Assembly (NCBI GenBank): GCA_051294375.1
Contig: CM119270.1
Coordinates: forward strand, 17,301,070 to 17,365,069
Reading direction: 5' to 3'
Length of the DNA stretch: 64,000 nucleotides
From: Paraspadella gotoi
Lineage: Eukaryota; Animalia; Chaetognatha
The position numbers and the translations under genes were made by a program. Under the pieces are notes generated by a model. It ran no database searches, had not been told where the DNA came from, and saw only the letters and a program-made list of their open reading frames with translations. Shown one piece after another: positions 57,501-64,000 of the stretch. Each line of letters opens with the position of its first letter. Position 1 is the first letter of the stretch.

Positions 57501-60280
57501 AAGATAAAATACGAGAGAAGAAAAAAAAAGAGGAAAAAGAAGAAGAAAAGATTTAAAGGAGATTCGGTAGAAAAGTCAGTCACGTGATGAAAAAAGCAGT
57601 CACGAGATACAAAATCTAATCATCTGAGGTTTCGCATACAATCAGTGTCTTTTAGACAACGAAATATGAACTTCAATAATTACCATATTTCATGATCTCA
57701 TTGGTTAGTACGAAGCTTTCTTCATTTAAAAANNNNNNNNNNNNNNNNNNNNNNNNNGATTTTTCGAGGTCTAAATGAGCAGATCTCTATAACTCTTACT
57801 ATTTCATGCAGGTTGAAAAATGATGATGTTATCAACTATTTTTAAATATCTTATTTAGATAAGAGAGCTTCTCCTTTGTTTTACGTTCGTGGGATTTTAA
57901 ACGAAAGTTATGGCCCAAGAGGAATGGAATGAAATTATGAATAGGTGATTGATCGACTTTAAAAGAAGAGATGAGAGATAAAGGGGTTTGTTGTTCCAAG
58001 CGATACTTTTTTCACGAGTTGCAGCGGAAGAGGAAGAGAGGACAGGATGACAGAGAAAGGGCAACAGGTTGATTTTTTCGATAGAGAGGTGAAAGATAAT
58101 CCTTAGGTTATAGAGAAAAACAAAAATGGAGAAAGCAACATGAAGAAATGGAGATAGACAGCGAAAAATGCCTATGTCGAAGTTGACATAGAACGCAATT
58201 AGATTTATATTTATACAATTATTGAGTAGTGCAGAAAAGCGGCATACCATTTTAAAAATAGTCCCAAAGGAATGTCGATGTTATTTTCATGAGGTTAGTG
58301 AAAGCCCATTGCCGTTCTCTTCTTCGTTTCAACTGCGTCTTTCTGAGGGGAAGCCTCCTTCTGACTTGTCTCAGAAAGAAAGAGAGAGAGAGAAGCCAAG
58401 AGAGGCACTCCCTGATTGTCATCAAGGAAAGCCAAGGAGAATGGCAAATCATTTGTCTATCAATACTTCTACGGTCCACATTTCTGCTTAATCAGTTTCG
58501 AAATAAAATATTATACGAATGAATTATTTAGGAGTCAGAGGTTGGACTTAACTTGCCTATCAGAGATCGATAAGTTGACAGCGACAGTTAGTTAATATAA
58601 TATGTCCAGAGGTTAGGACGCTTTATTCACCACATAGCCTGACAGATCTTGTTTATTTCGGCGTGACATTTACTGCGCGAAAAATCTACCAATGAATGTG
58701 AAGATTTACAGTTTGAAAAAAGATGCTTGAAACAAACTATACTCATTTTTTATATAGAATATTATATTTCGGAGTTTACTCTACTTTTACAGAAGTAATA
58801 TTGCAATGTATATTACTTTTAAAGAAATAATTAGTATTCCTTGATTCTTTTGAATGGCTTTCCTTGCAATGCCCTATTTACCAAAATAGTAGAGATTATG
58901 ATTGAGTTTTTTTAAAAGGACACGAAATTCCAAAAAAACAAATTTCCCTTTCATTTTGATGAAAGACTTGAATTTTCTCTCAATCTTTTTTTGCTCTTTT
59001 ACGTACTCAAAACAAAATCAGATATCAACATTTTATACATAAAATGAGTTCATATTTGGTCTTAAGTATCTTTTCAAATATTAAAATTACTTCACAATTT
59101 TTGTTTGGTGATTTTTGTTCTAAGCGGCGGGCGTTTCAAACTGGGTCGCTTTTTAGATATGAACAGTTAATTTTGATATTGGTTGTCCCTTGTTATGAAT
59201 GAATAGTAACAACCAATAATATATAATTATTTAGTATTTATAACAAGCAAAGTTCAGAATCATTCAGCTCAATGGCACGAGAAAAATTCCGATTTTAACA
59301 AATGGGAAAAAAAATACTACCGATCAGAGTGAAAGGAAATACGAAGACGATTGGTGGCATTCGGGTGATTGAAAAGACATTTTTTTTTAAACTTTTTTTT
59401 TTTTTTGTGACCCTGTGACCTCACGACGGATGGTGAAATGGAGATCTTAATGGGGAGAGGTGAGGGGTTCACCTGCGTCGCCCCCTCCCTCGCATCGACG
59501 GTGGAAGGGGGAAAGCAGACGATTGATGGAGAGGCATGATGGAATTTTGGAGCAACGGTGGCGAATCGATGTTTCGCGCCAAAAAAAAAAGAACATAAAC
59601 ATCGGGGGTGGTGGGGAAAGGGAGAAAAAATTCGGGGGGAGAATTAAAACGCAGCGAATGCAATAGATAGGAATCGAGAAGAACAGGATAAGAAAGAAGA
59701 AGATAAAGGAAAGAAAAAACGAAAAAAAAAAAGTAGAGTAGATCACGAATCGTTGACGTGAGAAAAGGGGTTATGGAAAAAGGAACGCACGAGAGAGAGA
59801 GAACGGATAAGAGAGGAGAAGGAGGAGATGTGGAGAGAAGAGATGAGAGGAGGAGAGAGCAAGGAGAAAGGGGGAGCAGAGAGAGGACGAGGGAGAGGAG
59901 AGAGATCGATGACGTGGTCGCAAGAGAGAGAGAAGAGAGAGAGAAAGAAGAGTAAAACTACGATGAGAGAGAAAAAAAAAAGAGAAAAAGAAGAAGGAAA
60001 GATTTTTAAGGAAATTCGGGTAAGAAAAGTCAGGTCACCGGTGATGAAAAAAAAAGCAAGTCACGAGATACAAAATTAATCATCCTGAAGGGTTTCGCCC
60101 CCTTTTGTTCCCCCGCCTCCCCTGGGCTTCTCCCTTCGCATTACAATCAGTATTGTCTGTTAGACAACGCCAAATTATGTTTATGTTGGGGGGGAACCCA
60201 CCCAAACAACTCTTTTCTAATTAGCCCAGTATTCATGATCTCATTGGTTAGTAACGAAGCTTTCTTTTCATTTAAAAAAC
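55990..60280 (+). repeat. ~1.75 kb tandem duplication (55990-57732 vs 57758-60280), probably an assembly artefact
   Basis: Colinear matches ('gaggtctaaa', 'tacgtactcaaaacaaaatca', 'gcaatagataggaatcgagaaga', 'catgatctcattggttagta') on either side of a short N gap. The second copy has many indels plus ~600 extra bp at ~58330-58915. Confidence 0.85.
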
Positions 60281-61899
60281 GGTGATCTTCAAGTTATCTC
60301 ACTTTATATCACTTAGAATACTTCCCATGTTAGAATTTCTATGAGTTAAAATACGGTAAATATTAAGAATGATTTTTCAATGCTTTTCAAATCTAATCTC
60401 ATTAATGCTTATTTAGCGAAAAGATGCTTGAAATTTTATTGGTCAGATGATTTTAAAGATCGAATTCCTGTATGAAAATCCTCAATGTCTTTTACTTACA
60501 CAAAAATTTAGGTAAGACGCCACATTTATCTTGAATACAATTTTTTTCCTTCATTACGCTTTCATGGATAATTTTTCTTAATCTTTTTCTTCTCTACTTA
60601 ATTTTCCTCTTCTCTTCCTCCTTATTTCACGCTTTTCTTGGGGGGTACACTTACCATTTTTTTTGGCTCTACCTTTTTTTCAGGTCATACTCATGCACTT
60701 TCCTCACCTTTTTTTTCTTCATTTTTCATTCTTTCCCCTCTTTTTTTCTTTCCTTTTTCCCCTTTTCTTTACCTTACAAATTGTTTTGTTTTCACTATTT
60801 TTTTTCCCCATTTGCCTTGATTTGTTTTTGCTTTCACCCTCTCTTTCATTTCCTCCCCTTCTCTTTTCTTGTTTTCCGCTTTCCTATATTTGCTTTCTCA
60901 CTACGTTACATTGAAGCAATCAAACGAAAATTTAAAATGCCTTTATAAGAAAGAAATGAACGACGTTTTTCTGATTATTTTTGTTAGCGCATTTTTTCTT
61001 TCATTTGTTGGCTAGCAAATTTAGGTTAACATCGAAGAATTTTGCCGGAAAATTTTTCCGCCAAAATCTGTCGGATTTTAGAAAAAACAGTCCTGATGCT
61101 TTTCAGAGTGGATTAATTAAAGGGATGCGGTTTTTTTTTTTTTTTTGGATTAATCCAAGGTCAGTATTGTACCTCATCTTAAAATAATAATGAGTTGAAA
61201 AATTCTCTTTATCAAAAATTATTAAAAAATATTAACAGAAAGTTTTTTGATTAATTTTATAGGCTTGTTAAAAGCTTATTCATAAGGCTTATATTTTTTG
61301 TTTATTTTAATCAATTTGATTTATTTTTTTTTTTTTAACAAATTATGTAAAGACTGAAAACTCAACTTTTTGACTTGTTACTTTAAATTATCATAGGCCA
61401 AAGCTATAATATTTAGCCTAATAAATTTAACAGAGAGGGTAGAAGATATAAGAACAGAAGGGATTTCCACATAAATTTTTTCTACTTTCCTTTGGCATTC
61501 AGATCAGAGTCGCGTAAGTAAAAGGACAAAATGCATATTTTTTGCGCTAAAGTTGCAAATGTAATATTTTCATTAGAACGGGTGCTTGTTGAAATGTTTT
61601 TAACAATCCTTTTCGGCCTAATTTGCTGTTGTTGCGGTACAAAGTTAATTAACATTGTAGTAACAAACTGAACTGAACAATAGTGGAAAGAGTCGTTTTT
61701 TTCCTAAATGTAACGTTTGTACGCGGAACCCTGATACAAATGGGAATCACGGAATACGATACAGAAGTAGCCAAAGCCGATGAAATTTAAATGCTAAAGT
61801 ACAAGGCGTTAAAATAATCTATCATTTTTGTCAAAAATGCTTTTTTTCTTAGGGTAGTAGTAAAATTTTTATATTACTATAAAAAAGGGAAAAAAAATT

Positions 61900-62830
61900 G
61901 AAATGTTTAAATTTTTTGATGGATTCTGATAGAGCATAAAAAGTTAAACAAGAAATATAATTACAGCTTTTAAAAATTATGACATTATCTCAAGAAAAAT
62001 CTGAAAAATCGATATAATTATCAAAAGATGATGATGGTGATTTTTTATGGTTTTTCTTATTTTTAACCGACTTATCATAAAAATATTTAAAAAAGAATTA
62101 TACTTTGTGTAGACAACTTTTTGTGAGCTATTTGAATCTGGTCTTAAAATTTAAAATTTCTAAAAATTATTTTTGGCCTTTTTCGTTTGAGCATGTACAT
62201 TGTACTCACTCTAAATATTTTACTCTACCCATTGAGTGTGGCTACCCCTAACAGAAGGCTTCATATTATAAAATGAGGTACTCCTTTTTTGAGACCAGAT
62301 CGAAACTTCATGATCGAATTTCATTACAAATGGAGTCCCAATGACGATATAAATGGAACAATCGAGACGAACTTTGATATGCAACCCCTGACAAGAGATA
62401 CAGGGCCCTGAGGCTGGACCCCTTGAGGGCCAAAAAAGGCTCAATTTTTTTTTTTAAATTATTTTAGTAGCATCAGGTGCATTGACGTTTAAAACATATA
62501 TAAAAATATTTTAGAACTAAAATTTATAATTTTTAAATAATTAAGCATGGTTTGAAAATGCATGATTCATCGTTTTACTCCTAATTTTTCCCAATTATTC
62601 TAAATCTGACTTCAACCACTGAGGCCGAAAATTAAGGTAAACTAATATTTTTATGTTAATAAATAAATTTTTATGGAAGAGTAAACGTTTGTACAACTGT
62701 TCAAAACAAAAATAATTAAAAAAATATGAAAGCGAATTTTGACCATTTTTTGTCCCTATCAGTGAACCCTCCTGGAGGCCTATATCTCGGCTCAGGGGTC
62801 AAATATTGAAATTCGCCTCGATAGTTCTAT
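61900..62830. mobile_element. Probable non-autonomous DNA transposon-derived sequence
   Basis: Shares a segment with 41050-41570. AT-rich, with no convincing coding potential. Confidence 0.4.
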
Positions 62831-64000
62831 TTGTATCGTTTTACTTTTAATGAATTTGGTCCAGTAGTTTTCTCGGAAAAAAAGATAGTTTTCTGCGGAA
62901 AAAAAGGGTCGATTTTTTATAACTTGTATGCACTTTTGTAAACATCGGTTATGATGAGAGTGATTTGATAACATGATACAGTCAAACTAGTCATTACAAA
63001 AAAGAACACGTGAACAATCCGTCCGTCAGTGACAAAACTGGATTAGGCGAGAGAGATATTTCCATCTTCGCAACAAAGAAAGAAAAAAGTTCCTTTCTTT
63101 ATGCCTCTGAGGTTTTTTCTCTATTCTGCGCCTGCCCATTACTTACCCTTTTCATCGCTTAGATATTTCCTCTTTTTTTCCCCTTTTCTATTTCTTTTTA
63201 GTCACTTACTTTTTTCTATTTATTTTTTTTGTAAAAAAGGGATTTGCCTTTTTTAAAAAAAAAACAAACTTAGGTTTCGTGTTCAGAGGTTCGAAAGAAT
63301 TTCGGCACATTCTCTTTTGTAGCCAATGGTTGTGCGACGGAAATGTTGAATAGTTTCTATGCCTCACGAGGTACGCACGGTTTCAGACCGTTAATAATTC
63401 GTAAGTTGTTATTATTTTTATCAAAACTCGTAGAACTTTTTATTTTTAACGGGAGACGCCTAACCGTTTGATTGGATTAAAAATTCATGGAATGAATCAG
63501 CCTACTAAGGTTGATAGTTAACCCTTAAAAGCGGTCTAAGTCTATTCAATAAAAAAAATCGACACTGGGCGGTCATTTCGAAGTGCGCTTCTCTGTGCCT
63601 GCTAGCTATCCAAGGGCCCGACTGAAAAAATTGAGAGACGAGGCCATATTATTTTTTCCCTCAAGCTTTGGACGAGTGCACCTGTCTATACCACCGTCGC
63701 ATATCTTACCTCGACGAGGCACAAAGATTCGCTCCGAGAGCGGTAAGATCCGCTAACGCCGATAGTTAAGTTTCAACTGCTTTAACGTCATTTGTGTCGC
63801 CGAGAGATTATTCAACTTCAATTACAAATACGTTGATGGACTTTTAAAATGAGAAACAAAGAGCTCACGCCCCTGCGCCCGTGTTTGTTGTTCGAATCGC
63901 TTATACATCGGCGCTTGGAATCGAAACCTAAAAGTGTGGGGATAAAAAGTGGTGGTACAATAATAATCATATCGGAACTGTAAATAATGGCGCGCATAAT

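Overview
Repeat-rich eukaryotic genomic DNA, probably from an invertebrate animal and arthropod-like judging by the protease and fucosyltransferase. It comes from a draft assembly with many N gaps and error-rich, apparently long-read gap-filled segments. Most ORFs in the supplied track are artefacts of (GA)n, (TCG)n and similar microsatellites. Reading splice sites by hand gives four gene models. (1) A ~10-exon plus-strand gene (10064-16596) for an unrecognised, probably secreted His/Asp-rich protein with many dibasic/furin-like sites; one of its introns has no usable GT donor. (2) A minus-strand S1A (chymotrypsin-like) serine protease with clear exons at 38894-45010 and a probable error-degraded N-terminal exon near 50540-50730. 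(3) An intronless plus-strand GT10 alpha-1,3-fucosyltransferase (46501-~47750, frameshifted), apparently nested antisense in a protease intron. (4) Fragments of an unidentified minus-strand gene at ~1700-6500. The window also holds several minisatellites, a MITE-like family with internal CCCTAA arrays, SINE- and HINE-like fragments, an ~8 kb noisy inverted duplication and several tandem duplications that are probably assembly artefacts. No prokaryotic system, CRISPR array, rRNA or tRNA gene was seen. All identifications are from motif recognition only; no searches were run.
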